Shown piece by piece: positions 17,097 through 26,964 of a stretch of DNA of 64,000 bases. The translations under genes were made by a program, and so were the position numbers. The stretch comes from Candidatus Cloacimonadales bacterium (GTDB taxonomy: Bacteria > Cloacimonadota > Cloacimonadia > G963667145), in NCBI GenBank assembly GCA_965228195.1, contig OZ245797.1, forward strand, positions 1,417,771 to 1,481,770. The letters are read 5' to 3'. A model generated the notes under the pieces. That model was not told where the DNA came from. It saw only the letters and a list, made by a program, of their open reading frames with translations, and ran no database searches. Numbering within the stretch: the first letter of the stretch is position 1; each line of letters begins with the position of its first letter.

Positions 17097-17657
17097 ATTA
17101 TTCGTATAAGAAAGGGTAAAGCAAAGCGGAAGCCCACTGTATCCAAAGAAAGGATAAATAGCGAGATCAGAGTTGAGCAAATACGCTTGATTGGCGAGGC
17201 TGGCGAGCAAATTGGCGTCGTTTCGTTGTCCGAGGGGTTGAGCAAGGCGAGGGCTGCGAATTTGGATTTGGTGGAGGTGTCGCCCAAAGCTTCTCCTCCT
17301 GTTTGTAAGATTTTGGATTTTGGTAAATACCACTACCAAAAAGAGAGGTCTTTGCGCGAGTCCCGCAAGAAACAGCATATTGTTTTGACCAAAGAGATCA
17401 AGTTTGGACCTCTTACCGACGAGCACGATTACCAGTTCAAGCTCAAGAATGCGATAAGGTTTTTGCAAGCCAAAGATAAGGTGCGCTTCACCGTCAGGTT
17501 TAAAGGTCGTCAACTAGCTAACAAACAACTGGGTTTTGATTTGCTAGAGAAAATTAAACAAGATATGGTAGATTACGCCAAAGTTGACCAAATGCCTTCC
17601 AGTGAGGGGAGAGTGGTTTATATGGTGATGTCGCCGTTACTAAAAAAGAGTAGTTAA
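17097..17657 (+). CDS. infC: Translation initiation factor IF-3 with non-canonical AUU start
   Basis: ...ERINSEIRVEQIRLIGEAGEQIGVVSL... and PPVCKILDFGKY match IF-3. The in-frame extension upstream of the tracked TTG reaches an ATT ATT ATT run just after AGGAGG (17085-17090). Confidence 0.9.
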   Translation: MIRIRKGKAKRKPTVSKERINSEIRVEQIRLIGEAGEQIGVVSLSEGLSKARAANLDLVEVSPKASPPVCKILDFGKYHYQKERSLRESRKKQHIVLTKEIKFGPLTDEHDYQFKLKNAIRFLQAKDKVRFTVRFKGRQLANKQLGFDLLEKIKQDMVDYAKVDQMPSSEGRVVYMVMSPLLKKSS

Positions 17658-17676
17658 AAAAAAGTAGGAGTTTACT

Positions 17677-17868
17677 ATGCCTAAGATTAAAACTCGTAAG
17701 GGAGCAGTTAAAAGATTTAAGCTGACTTCCAAAGGGAAAGTTAAAAGAAATCAAGCTTTTGCAGGACATATTATGACCAAAAAAAGCCCCAAAAGAGAAA
17801 GAAACTTGAGAGGCTCTAGCCTGGTGAGTAAGGCTGATGTGCCTAGAATAAAGAGAATGTTGGGTTAA
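17677..17868 (+). CDS. rpmI: 50S ribosomal protein L35
   Basis: 63 aa, [15 protein letters not shown]..., in the infC-rpmI-rplT order. Confidence 0.95.
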   Translation: MPKIKTRKGAVKRFKLTSKGKVKRNQAFAGHIMTKKSPKRERNLRGSSLVSKADVPRIKRMLG

Positions 17869-17878
17869 GGGGGATAAA

Positions 17879-18238
17879 ATGCCAAGAAGTACCAATAATG
17901 TAGCTGCCAAGAAGAGAAGAAAGAAGATTTTAGACTCCGCCAAAGGATATTTTGGAGGAAAGAGTAAACTTTATCGCACTGCCAAGTTGGCTGTGGAAAA
18001 AAGCGGTCTTTACGCTTACCGTGATAGAAAGGTTCGCAAAAGAGAGTTCCGCAAGTTGTGGATCGTGCGCATCAACGCCGCTGCCAGAACCAACGGGCTT
18101 AGTTATAGCCAGTTTATAAGTGGTCTTAACAAAAGCAACATCCAACTCAACAGAAAGAGCCTTGCCTATCTTGCCATGCACGACAAAGAGGCTTTTGACA
18201 AGATTTGTGAGCAAGTGAAATCTAACCTAGAGAACTAA
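17879..18238 (+). CDS. rplT: 50S ribosomal protein L20
   Basis: 119 aa with [15 protein letters not shown] ... [11 protein letters not shown]. Confidence 0.95.
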   Translation: MPRSTNNVAAKKRRKKILDSAKGYFGGKSKLYRTAKLAVEKSGLYAYRDRKVRKREFRKLWIVRINAAARTNGLSYSQFISGLNKSNIQLNRKSLAYLAMHDKEAFDKICEQVKSNLEN

Positions 18239-18270
18239 AAAGCGAAATTAAATTAGGAAGGTTTTGACAG

Positions 18271-19275
18271 ATGCAGACAAAGTTGGAGCAAATATACGCC
18301 GAGCTGAAGAGTAAGCTGGAGTGTGCCAAGAGTAGTCACGAGATCAACAACATCAAATCGGCTTTTGTGGGTAAGAAGAGTCAGATATCTTCTTTGCTGC
18401 TCAAGATGAAGGAGCTACCCAAAGAGCAAAGGCCGGAGTTTGGTAAGTTGGTGAATGTGGTCAAGGGCAAGATTTTGACCAAGATTAAGTCTGCTTTGGA
18501 GGTGGTGGAGTCTGAGCAAAGAGGCGCTGAAGTCGATTTGACCATGCCTTCCAGAAGAAGAGCTCTAGGAAGGTTGCACCCTTTGAACATCGTCTCTCGC
18601 CAAATCGAAGATGTTTTCATCTCCATGGGGTTTGAGATATCTTCTTATGGCGAGGTGGAAGACGAGTATCACAACTTCGATGCGCTCAACACCCCGGCTG
18701 ATCACTCGTCTAGGAACATCACCGACACTTTTTACACCAACGGGGGCAAGCTCTTGCGCTCACAAACCTCCACCGAACAGATCAGGGTGATGGAGAACTT
18801 TAAGCCTCCCATCAAGATTATTTCGTTGGGCAGATGTTATCGCAAAGATAGCCCTGATGCCTCGCACTCGCCTGTGTTTCACCAGGTGGAAGCTTTGGTG
18901 GTGAGTAGGCACACCTCTTTTACCGACCTCAGGGACACCTTGCAGATGTTTGCCACCAAGATGTTTGGTGCCGATGTCAGCTCTCGCTTCCGTCCTCATT
19001 TTTTTCCGTTTACCGAGCCTAGCGGCGAGATAGATATCTCTTGCGTGGCTTGTGGCGGCAAAGGTTGCCCTGTGTGCAAAAACAGCGGTTGGTTGGAGAT
19101 GGGCGGTTGCGGAATGGTTGATCCTAATGTGCTGGAGAATGTCGGTATAGACTCCGAAAAATATACCGGCTTTGCTTTTGGTTTGGGTATCGATCGCATC
19201 ACCATGCTCAAATACAAGATCCCCGATATCCGGACGCTTTTTGAAAACGACATAGAGTTTTTGAAGCAGTTTTAG
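18271..19275 (+). CDS. pheS: Phenylalanine--tRNA ligase alpha subunit
   Basis: 334 aa with HPLN, FDALNTPADHSSR, FRPHFFPFTEPS and GFAFGLGIDRI, the class II motifs. Confidence 0.95.
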   Translation: MQTKLEQIYAELKSKLECAKSSHEINNIKSAFVGKKSQISSLLLKMKELPKEQRPEFGKLVNVVKGKILTKIKSALEVVESEQRGAEVDLTMPSRRRALGRLHPLNIVSRQIEDVFISMGFEISSYGEVEDEYHNFDALNTPADHSSRNITDTFYTNGGKLLRSQTSTEQIRVMENFKPPIKIISLGRCYRKDSPDASHSPVFHQVEALVVSRHTSFTDLRDTLQMFATKMFGADVSSRFRPHFFPFTEPSGEIDISCVACGGKGCPVCKNSGWLEMGGCGMVDPNVLENVGIDSEKYTGFAFGLGIDRITMLKYKIPDIRTLFENDIEFLKQF

Positions 19276-19375
19276 TTAAAGGTGGAAGAGAGCCAAGGTT
19301 TGAGTGAGTAAAAATTTTGCCGGTTTATCAGCAAAAATAGTTTAAAGAATTAAGAGTTGTAGTTGAGGAGAACAG

Positions 19376-21754
19376 ATGAAAATATCTTTGCGATGGTTAA
19401 AACAGTTTGTAGATTTTGATTTGACGATAGAAGATTTTACCGATAAGATAACTTTTGCCGGCATAGAGGTGGAAGAGGTCATCGACTCTTTGACAACCAT
19501 TAAAGATATCGTGGTGGCAAAAGTGCTTAAGGCCAAGGCGCATCCTAACGCCGATCGCTTGCAACTTTGCACCGTGTTCGATGGCAAACAAGAGCACCAA
19601 GTTGTGTGTGGCGCTCCCAACTGCAAGGCGGGGATGGTTTGTGCTTTTGCGCCGGTGGGTGCTACGATAGGCGATTTTAAGATAAAGAAAGCCAAACTGC
19701 GGGGCGTGGAGTCTTGCGGGATGCTTTGCAGTGGCAAAGAGTTGCAGCTAAATAGCGACCACAGCGGGATAATGGAGCTGGATGCAAACGCCGAGTTGGG
19801 CATTCCTTTGGCACAGCTGGGTTACGGAGATGTGGTGGTGGATGTGGAGATAACCCCCAATCGTCCAGATTTGCTGGGAATGGTGGGTATCGCAAGAGAT
19901 GTGGCAGCAATCTTGGGCAAACCTTATCGGACGCCAAAGACGGCAGAGCAAACCTTTACCGCTGGGTTGTTGCCTTGCGGGGTTCAGCTGATAAACAACG
20001 AGCCTGAGGCTTGTCCTCGCTTTACCCTGACGCAGATAGACGATGTGAGTGTCAGCACTCAGATGCCCGACTGGATGGTGTCCGCCCTGGATGCTAATGG
20101 GGTGAATAAAGTTAACGACTTGGTGGGGGTGACCAACTACTTGCTTTTGGAGCAGGGTCAGCCGATGCACGCCTACGATTTGGACAAGATAGAAGGTGGT
20201 GTGGTGGAGGTGCGTTTTGCTCGCAAAGGTGAGAGCTTAGAGGCTCTCAACGGCAAGACTTACCAGCTTCGTGACACAGATTTGGTGGTAGCCGATGCGG
20301 TGAAGGTGCTGGGTATAGCCGGGGTAATCGGAGGTAAATCTTCTGCCGTTAGCTTGAGTACCAAAAACATCTTGCTGGAGGTAGCCAACTTCGCTTACCC
20401 ATTTGTGCACAAAACCTCTCACCATCACAAGATTTTCACAGACGCCTCTTATCGCTACGAAAGAGGGTTGTCTGCCAAGGCGCTGGACTACACCGTTCCC
20501 AGAGCTGCTCAGATGATGGCGCAGGTGGGCAAAGGGAAGCTGGAAAGCGTCTACGCTGACTCAAATCCGCAAACCATAGCAGACAAAGTGGTCACCGTTC
20601 GCCTGTCTAGAGTAAAACGAGTTCTCAATGTGGATATAGACCCAGACAAGATTATCGGCTACCTTACCGCTTTGGATTTGGAGCTAGTGGGGCAAGAGCC
20701 AGATTTGCTGAGCTTCAGAGTGCCTTACTTCCGACAAGATATTTATCGTGAGATCGATTTGATCGAGGAGATCATCAGGTTGCACGGGTTTAACAATGTT
20801 CCTTCTACTGCCGAGCGCAAACCTATCGGCGATAGGCAAAAGCGTCAAATCAAGAGGAGTAGCGAAGATTTCTTGGTTTTGCAAGGGTTTTATCAGGCGA
20901 TGAACACCAGCTTTGTGAGCTGGGAGCAAACCTGCGCAACTGCTGAAGAGAAAAAAAGTGTGGAGCTGACCAACCCGCTGGGAGCCGATATGGCTTTCTT
21001 GCGAAAAGAGCTGATTCCGCAGCTTTTGAAAAATGTGGAGTTCAACCTCAACAAAGGTCAAGATGCGGTCAAACTTTTCGAGCTGAACAAAGTTTATTTT
21101 GAGCGTGAGGACGGTTTTGCCCATGAGCCTTTGCAACTGGCTTTGGTAGCTTGTGGTAAGGCTGAAAGGCTTCACTGGTCTGAGCCGGAGCGAGATTACG
21201 ATGTTTACGACTTGAAAGGGTTGCTCGAAGATTATCTTGCTGTCTTGGGGATCAAAGATTACCGCTTCTCCTGCTCCCAAAAGCAGGTTTTGTTTGATGC
21301 CGCTTGTAGTTTGTGTTTGAGTGTGAAGGGTCAGACAGTGGCAAGTCTGGGCAGAGTGGAGCGCTCGATTGCCAAAAGGTTTGGAGTGAAGAAAGAGGTT
21401 TTTGCGCTTATCTTTGATTTTGAGAAGGCGCTCTCTCTTTTGGACAAAAAAGATTTCCAGTTCGCCTCACCCCAAAAGTATCCCAGTGTGAAAAGAGATT
21501 TGTCGATAATCGCCGCAAGAAAACACGGCTATGAGGATTTGGTGGCAAAGATGAAAAGTAGCTCTAAATTTTTGCAAAGCGTCAGGCTCTACGACCAATA
21601 TAGGGGCAAAGGGATAGACGATGACAAGAGGAGTTTGACTTTCGCCCTCGAATTTTTTTCGAGTGAAAAAACCTTGACCGATGACAAGGTTGGACAAGAG
21701 TTTGAAAAGATAGTAGCGGCGATGCAAAAAGAGTTCGGTGCAAAGCTTCGATGA
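19376..21754 (+). CDS. pheT: Phenylalanine--tRNA ligase beta subunit
   Basis: 792 aa. N-terminal MKISLRWLKQFV and a tRNA-binding domain (HPNADRLQLC), with B3/4, B5 and FDX-ACB regions. Confidence 0.95.
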   Translation: MKISLRWLKQFVDFDLTIEDFTDKITFAGIEVEEVIDSLTTIKDIVVAKVLKAKAHPNADRLQLCTVFDGKQEHQVVCGAPNCKAGMVCAFAPVGATIGDFKIKKAKLRGVESCGMLCSGKELQLNSDHSGIMELDANAELGIPLAQLGYGDVVVDVEITPNRPDLLGMVGIARDVAAILGKPYRTPKTAEQTFTAGLLPCGVQLINNEPEACPRFTLTQIDDVSVSTQMPDWMVSALDANGVNKVNDLVGVTNYLLLEQGQPMHAYDLDKIEGGVVEVRFARKGESLEALNGKTYQLRDTDLVVADAVKVLGIAGVIGGKSSAVSLSTKNILLEVANFAYPFVHKTSHHHKIFTDASYRYERGLSAKALDYTVPRAAQMMAQVGKGKLESVYADSNPQTIADKVVTVRLSRVKRVLNVDIDPDKIIGYLTALDLELVGQEPDLLSFRVPYFRQDIYREIDLIEEIIRLHGFNNVPSTAERKPIGDRQKRQIKRSSEDFLVLQGFYQAMNTSFVSWEQTCATAEEKKSVELTNPLGADMAFLRKELIPQLLKNVEFNLNKGQDAVKLFELNKVYFEREDGFAHEPLQLALVACGKAERLHWSEPERDYDVYDLKGLLEDYLAVLGIKDYRFSCSQKQVLFDAACSLCLSVKGQTVASLGRVERSIAKRFGVKKEVFALIFDFEKALSLLDKKDFQFASPQKYPSVKRDLSIIAARKHGYEDLVAKMKSSSKFLQSVRLYDQYRGKGIDDDKRSLTFALEFFSSEKTLTDDKVGQEFEKIVAAMQKEFGAKLR

Positions 21755-21981
21755 AAAAATTGTCGAAAATAGAAGATAAAGTAAACAGGCTGGTAAACAA
21801 ATGTAGGAGATTGGAAGCCGAACTGGATCAAGGCGTGCTAGATTTTAACAAGGCAAACACCAATCAACTAATGGAAGCCGAGGTAGAGACGCTCAGGCGG
21901 GAGCTGGCGGGCAAAGAGGACAAACTCAGCCAGATTACCGCTAAGATGGAAAAGTTGCAAAGCCTTGTAAAAAGCTTATGA
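21751..21981 (+). CDS. Small coiled-coil protein (ZapB-like)
   Basis: 76 aa with heptad-rich coiled-coil composition. It overlaps pheT by 4 nt and precedes zapA. Confidence 0.4.
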   Translation: MKKLSKIEDKVNRLVNKCRRLEAELDQGVLDFNKANTNQLMEAEVETLRRELAGKEDKLSQITAKMEKLQSLVKSL

Positions 21982-22244
21982 GTATCGTATCGGAAAAGGT
22001 TTCGGTAAATGTCAATGTTTTTGGTCTTCCTTACGAGTTTAAAGTGGATGCCGAAAGCAAAGAAAAGTTGTTAGAATGTGCCAAGAAGCTGAACAGGTTA
22101 ATAGGTCAAAAGTCGCGCCAGACCGGGGAGTCAACCTCGCAGATAAAGATTTTGACTTTGCTTTGTTTGGACTTCTTGTCAAACCAAATGGATAGCGACG
22201 AAGCTATCGGTAGGATAGAAAATTTGTTGGATAAAAGCCTGTAA
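21978..22244 (+). CDS. zapA: Cell division protein ZapA
   Basis: 88 aa. The VNVFGLPYEFKVDAESKEKLLECAKKLNRLI pattern is typical of ZapA. Confidence 0.65.
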   Translation: MSIVSEKVSVNVNVFGLPYEFKVDAESKEKLLECAKKLNRLIGQKSRQTGESTSQIKILTLLCLDFLSNQMDSDEAIGRIENLLDKSL

Positions 22245-22260
22245 TATTGGTGATAGACGG

Positions 22261-22425
22261 CTAGTTATATCATTTGAACTAGTTATAATAAGGGATGTAA
22301 GCTCCTGCTTTTGGCTCGAGCCGAGATTGTACTCGGATTTGCAAAGCAGTGTTTAGATAAGTATCCCACCTTGAATTTAAGTTCAAGATAAGTCGTGCTA
22401 CACGGTATTATGGGCTCTTTTTAAT
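22261..22425 (+). ncRNA. Candidate 6S-like structured RNA downstream of zapA
   Basis: Long imperfect rod. TTGAACT (22274) pairs with AGTTCAA (22380), GGGAT with ATCCC, CTGCTTT with CAAAGCAG, and CCGAG with CTCGG at the apex. A T-run lies at 22417-22422. zapA-ssrS synteny is known from E. coli. Ends are not defined. Confidence 0.3.
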
Positions 22426-22437
22426 TAAGGAGAAATT

Positions 22438-23982
22438 ATGTTACAAACATTGAATTATAGCTTCATTGCGGGTAGTTTATTGCTGCTGGCTTTGACGCTT
22501 TTGCTCAAAGTGAGACTCTCGGGGAACTACAAAAAAGCACAGAAAACCATCAAAGATGCGCAAAAGAAAGCCGAAGGGTTGATAAGCCAAAAGATGAGAG
22601 AAGCAGATAGTTCTCTGGCTAAGAAAGAGAAGAACCGTTTGCGCAAGATCTCTAACCGTGAGGAGGAGTTGCGTCGCCAAGAGAACGCTTACAACAAGAG
22701 GATCAGCAAGCTGGATGTTCGGCTTGAGTCTTTGGACAAGAAAGAGGAGAGCATCAAGAAGCTGGGCGATAACTTGCAAAAGAAAGAGAAAGGCGTCGAA
22801 GAAAGAGCCAAGCAGGTCGATGGGATCATTGCCGCTCAAAACGACAAGTTGTCACAAATCGCCGGTTACTCCAAAGAGGAAGCTTTGGATGTGCTGATGA
22901 ACAACCTTTTGGAAAAAGCCAGAGAAGGTGTGGCTCGCAAAATCAACGACATCGAGCAAGAGGTGAAAGAGAACGCCAAAGAGAAGTCGGCTAAGATTTT
23001 GGCAGACACCGTCCAAAAGTTGGCTGTCGACTACGCTTCCGATTCGGTGGTGAGCGTGATAACCTTGCCCTCGGACGAGATGAAAGGTAGGGTGATCGGG
23101 CGTGAGGGTCGTAACATCAGGACTTTCGAGAAAGAGACAGGCGTGGATGTGATCGTGGACGATACGCCAGGAGCCATCGTCTTATCTTGTTTTTCTGCCG
23201 TCAGAAGAGAGATCGCCTCGCACGCAATGAAGAAGCTGATCGAAGACGGTAGGATTCATCCAGCCAGGATCGAAGAGGTGGTGAAGAAGTCTAAAGCCGA
23301 GATCGAGAGAAGAATAGAAAATTACGGCAAGAAAGCTTGTCTGAAGATGAATGTGGGAACCCTTTCCAGAAACATCGTCAACCTTATCGGGCGTTTGCAT
23401 TACCGCACCAGTTATGGACAAAATGTGCTCAAGCACAGTATGGAAGTGGGCTGGATTTCGGGAATGATCGCCATCGAGCTTGGCTTGAACCAAAGGTTAG
23501 CCCGCCGAGCCGGATTTTTGCACGATATTGGTAAAGCCATAGATTGTGAGGTGGATGGAACTCACGCCATCATCGGTGGTAACTTCGCCAAGAAAAACGG
23601 CGAGAAGCAGGTGATTGTGGATGCGATCAAGGCTCACCACGAAGAGGTGGAGTCTAGCAATATTTACTGCCCGATCGTCCAAGCTGCCGACTCTATTTCG
23701 GGGGCAAGACCAGGGGCTAGGCGTGAGGTGTTGGAGTCTTATGTGGAGAGGCTAGATAAGCTTGAGGAGATTGCCGGCTCTATCGATGGAGTGAAGCAAA
23801 CCTTTGCCGTGCAAGCCGGTAGAGAGCTGCGGGTGATCGTCAACCCCGAGAAGATCAAAGAGGACAACTGTGCCTTCTTGGTGGAAGATATCGTCGGCAA
23901 GATCGAGGCTGAGATGCAGTATCCAGGGCAGATCAAGGTTACCGTGATCAGAGAAAACAGGATGTCGGGTATAGCCAAATAA
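22438..23982 (+). CDS. rny: Ribonuclease Y
   Basis: 514 aa. N-terminal TM helix, long coiled-coil, KH domain (GREGRNIRTFEKETGVDVIVDD) and HD domain (FLHDIGKA). Confidence 0.9.
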   Translation: MLQTLNYSFIAGSLLLLALTLLLKVRLSGNYKKAQKTIKDAQKKAEGLISQKMREADSSLAKKEKNRLRKISNREEELRRQENAYNKRISKLDVRLESLDKKEESIKKLGDNLQKKEKGVEERAKQVDGIIAAQNDKLSQIAGYSKEEALDVLMNNLLEKAREGVARKINDIEQEVKENAKEKSAKILADTVQKLAVDYASDSVVSVITLPSDEMKGRVIGREGRNIRTFEKETGVDVIVDDTPGAIVLSCFSAVRREIASHAMKKLIEDGRIHPARIEEVVKKSKAEIERRIENYGKKACLKMNVGTLSRNIVNLIGRLHYRTSYGQNVLKHSMEVGWISGMIAIELGLNQRLARRAGFLHDIGKAIDCEVDGTHAIIGGNFAKKNGEKQVIVDAIKAHHEEVESSNIYCPIVQAADSISGARPGARREVLESYVERLDKLEEIAGSIDGVKQTFAVQAGRELRVIVNPEKIKEDNCAFLVEDIVGKIEAEMQYPGQIKVTVIRENRMSGIAK

Positions 23983-24797
23983 TGAAGATTCTTTTTGTAG
24001 GTGATATCTATGGTAGTCCTGGGCGCTACTTGATGCAGGAGCATTTGCCCCAGCTGAAAAAAGAGTTTGAGGTAGATCTGTGTATTGCCAACTGTGAGAA
24101 TATGAACCACGGGCGCGGCGTCAGCCAAGCTTCTATAAATCAGATGAAAACTGCGGGGGTGGATCTTTTCACCTCGGGAAATCACCTTTGGGACAACAAA
24201 CAAAGCTTGGACTTTATCGCTTCTTGTCCCCAGATTTTGAAACCTGCCAATGTCCAAGAGTCGGCTTTGGGTAGTCGCAGTTATCGCTTTCAGTTGCCAG
24301 ACGGTAGCCAGTGCGGAGTGGTGTGTCTGATCGGGCAAACTTTTATGCCGGCAGCAGATTTTCCTATTCCGGTGCTGGAGCAGATTTTGGCTACGGATTT
24401 GGCAGGGGTGGAGAACATCTTTGTCGATTTTCATGCCGAGGCTACCGCCGAAAAGCGGGTTTTGTCTTTGCACTTCGATGGCAAGATCTCTTGTCTGGTA
24501 GGCACGCACACCCATGTGCAGACCGCTGACGAGCAGATAATGCCCCTTGGCTGTGGCTACATCACCGATGTGGGCATGACCGGTGGTCACCTCTCGGGCA
24601 TTGGCGTTCAAAAAGAGATTGTGATCCAAAAAAACATCAGCGGTATGCCGGTCAGATACCATCCATCTTGGGAAGGGCTGCAGATAAACGCCCTTTTCGT
24701 GGAGCTGGCGCAAGGCAAGAGCGTTAAGATTGAGAGAATAAAAAGGGGATATGAGCAAGCTACGAGTAGTCCCGCTTCTGCGTCAACTAAAAGCTGA
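23982..24797 (+). CDS. ymdB: YmdB-like metallophosphoesterase (2',3'-cyclic-nucleotide phosphodiesterase family)
   Basis: MKILFVGDIYGSPGR, NCENMNHGRG, GNHLWD and GTHTHVQTADE. Conserved rny-ymdB pairing. Confidence 0.85.
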   Translation: MKILFVGDIYGSPGRYLMQEHLPQLKKEFEVDLCIANCENMNHGRGVSQASINQMKTAGVDLFTSGNHLWDNKQSLDFIASCPQILKPANVQESALGSRSYRFQLPDGSQCGVVCLIGQTFMPAADFPIPVLEQILATDLAGVENIFVDFHAEATAEKRVLSLHFDGKISCLVGTHTHVQTADEQIMPLGCGYITDVGMTGGHLSGIGVQKEIVIQKNISGMPVRYHPSWEGLQINALFVELAQGKSVKIERIKRGYEQATSSPASASTKS

Positions 24798-25614
24798 GAT
24801 CAAAGAGCAAGTCGCCGGTTGCCCCAAAAAGCCTGTCTTGATGGTAGTGTTGGTTGGCCTTGACCCAGCCTCTTTTATCTATGTCAAAAACATTCAAAAA
24901 AAAGCCAAACAGCTGGGGATTGAGTGCCAAATAAAGAGCTTTTCTGACTCTGTTACCCAAAAAGATCTGGAGAAAAGTTTGCAAGCTTTGGCTGATGATG
25001 CTACGGTCGATGGAGTGATGGTGCAAAGACCTTTGCCAGAGGGGTTAGATCTGAGGGCGCTGCTGAAGATTTTGCCGGCAGATAAAGATGTGGAAGGGGT
25101 GGTGGACGAGAATCTGGGCAAGATCATCTCGGGAGATAACGCTGCTTCTCCTTGCACGGCAAAAGCGGTCTTTGAGCTTATTCAAAGCCACAATCTTTTG
25201 CAGTTTGGCACAAGAGTGGTCATAATGGGCATCTCCACTCTGGTGGGCAAGCCGCTTTTGAATTGGCTCTCTTACCATGGTGGCGTGCAGGTGACGATGA
25301 TCGATATCAACACCCCTGATCCGAAAAGTTACACCAGACAAGCAGATTTGTTGGTGGTTGCCATCGGTTGTCCGCAAGAGGTGAGATCTGACTACATTAA
25401 GCCGGGAGCGGTGGTGATAGATGTGGGCATCAACCAGATTAAGGTCGATGGACAAGAGGTGGTCGTCGGCGATGTCGATTTTGACGATTGTAAATCTGTA
25501 GCCAGTGCCATCAGCGTGGTGCCGGGGGGAGTGGGACGAATCACCACCTTCTGCATCTTCAAAAATCTTCTTTTTTTGTGCAGGCAAAAAAAAAGTGCAC
25601 AAACTGGTAATTAA
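24751..25614 (+). CDS. folD: Bifunctional methylenetetrahydrofolate dehydrogenase/cyclohydrolase
   Basis: 287 aa with PASFIYVKNIQKKAKQLGIE, VQRPLP, GISTLVGKP and VPGGVG. Confidence 0.9.
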   Translation: MSKLRVVPLLRQLKAEIKEQVAGCPKKPVLMVVLVGLDPASFIYVKNIQKKAKQLGIECQIKSFSDSVTQKDLEKSLQALADDATVDGVMVQRPLPEGLDLRALLKILPADKDVEGVVDENLGKIISGDNAASPCTAKAVFELIQSHNLLQFGTRVVIMGISTLVGKPLLNWLSYHGGVQVTMIDINTPDPKSYTRQADLLVVAIGCPQEVRSDYIKPGAVVIDVGINQIKVDGQEVVVGDVDFDDCKSVASAISVVPGGVGRITTFCIFKNLLFLCRQKKSAQTGN

Positions 25615-25625
25615 GGGAAGTTGAG

Positions 25626-26960
25626 ATGGTTCACAGCAAAATCTTGGGAGATCACAATATAAACAGGGCGCTTCTGAATATGTCTTTGCCGGCGATCGTG
25701 GGCATGAGCGTGGTGGCTACTTACAGCCTTGTTGACACCATCTTCGTGGGGCATTGTGTGGGCCCGATGGGAATTGCGGGTGTGTTCATCGGTTTTCCTT
25801 TCCAGATATTCATAATGTCCGTGGCAATGATGTTCGGCGTCGGTGGTGGCTCGATAATCTCCCGAGCCTTGGGCGAGGGCAGAGTTAGCCGAGCTTACTC
25901 CACTTTGAGCACGGTCGTTTTTGGCACGCTGGCAACGGGGGTGATCATCACCGTGGTGAGCGTTTTGGGGCTTCCTTTTTTCTTGCGATTTTCAGGAGCC
26001 GAAGGGCTGGTGTATCGCTACGCCCAGCAGTATCTGATCGTTATGATCTTGGGGACACTTTTTTTTATGGTGGCTTTGGTTGCCAACTCTTTGCTGCGTG
26101 CCGAAGGTCGTAGTAATGCGGCGATGTGGATATTGGTGTTGGGTGGTGGACTGAACATCGTCTTAGATTTTTTTATGATTTACCTATTTGATATGGGAAC
26201 TTTTGGTGCCGCTTTAGCCACCGTGATCGCTCAGATAGTGGCTAGTTGCTATGTCGTTTTCCACTTCTCCAAACACGCCAGTCGTGTCCACTTCGAGCGT
26301 TTAATCTTCGATTGGAGGATTTTTAAGCAGACGGTGGTTTTGGGTTTTTCTTCTTTCATAAACCAAGTAAGCTCGTCTATATTGGTGGTGGTGCTTAACA
26401 ACCGTTTGGCTGCCTATGGCGGCGGCGTTGCTATCGGCATCTTCAGTATCTACCATCGCATGGCTATGCTTATCTGTATGCCTGTCTATGGGTTAGCCCA
26501 AGGAATGCAACCGATAGCCGGTTACCATTTCGGCTCCAAAACCTTTAGTAAGGTGAAAGAGGTTTTTCACAAGGCGAGTCTTTGGGCGACTCTGGTTACC
26601 ACCCTTGGATTTGTGGCGATGTGCTTCTTTCCGTCTCTGGTGATAAGCGTCTTTACCTCCGATGTGGAAATTTTGCCTCAGGGGAAGACCGCTTTGGTGC
26701 TGCTTAGTCTGGCGTATCCGTTGGTCGGCTTTCAGATGATCGGCTCGATGGGTTTTATGTCCATCGGCAAGTATCGTCCGGCTCTGATCCTCAACACCTT
26801 GCGCCAGCTGATTTTCTTGATCCCTTTTGTGTATCTCTTATCGCCAATTTTGGGTATCACCGGCATCTGGATAGCTTTTCCCATCTCCGATGTTTTAGCT
26901 TTTGTGGTGACTTTGCTTTTGTATCATCGCTATATTCGCCAAGTGGAAAAAGAGTATTAA
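25626..26960 (+). CDS. MATE-family efflux transporter
   Basis: 444 aa, ~12 TM helices, and an N-terminal LNMSLPAIVGMSV...DTIFVGH motif. Confidence 0.85.
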   Translation: MVHSKILGDHNINRALLNMSLPAIVGMSVVATYSLVDTIFVGHCVGPMGIAGVFIGFPFQIFIMSVAMMFGVGGGSIISRALGEGRVSRAYSTLSTVVFGTLATGVIITVVSVLGLPFFLRFSGAEGLVYRYAQQYLIVMILGTLFFMVALVANSLLRAEGRSNAAMWILVLGGGLNIVLDFFMIYLFDMGTFGAALATVIAQIVASCYVVFHFSKHASRVHFERLIFDWRIFKQTVVLGFSSFINQVSSSILVVVLNNRLAAYGGGVAIGIFSIYHRMAMLICMPVYGLAQGMQPIAGYHFGSKTFSKVKEVFHKASLWATLVTTLGFVAMCFFPSLVISVFTSDVEILPQGKTALVLLSLAYPLVGFQMIGSMGFMSIGKYRPALILNTLRQLIFLIPFVYLLSPILGITGIWIAFPISDVLAFVVTLLLYHRYIRQVEKEY

Positions 26961-26964
26961 GTAG

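Noticed and set aside
23739-24758. 339-aa minus-strand ORF
   Set aside because: It is antisense to rny and ymdB, which have strong motif support, and has no recognisable family features.
25045-25602. 185-aa minus-strand ORF
   Set aside because: It is antisense to folD and has no supporting features.
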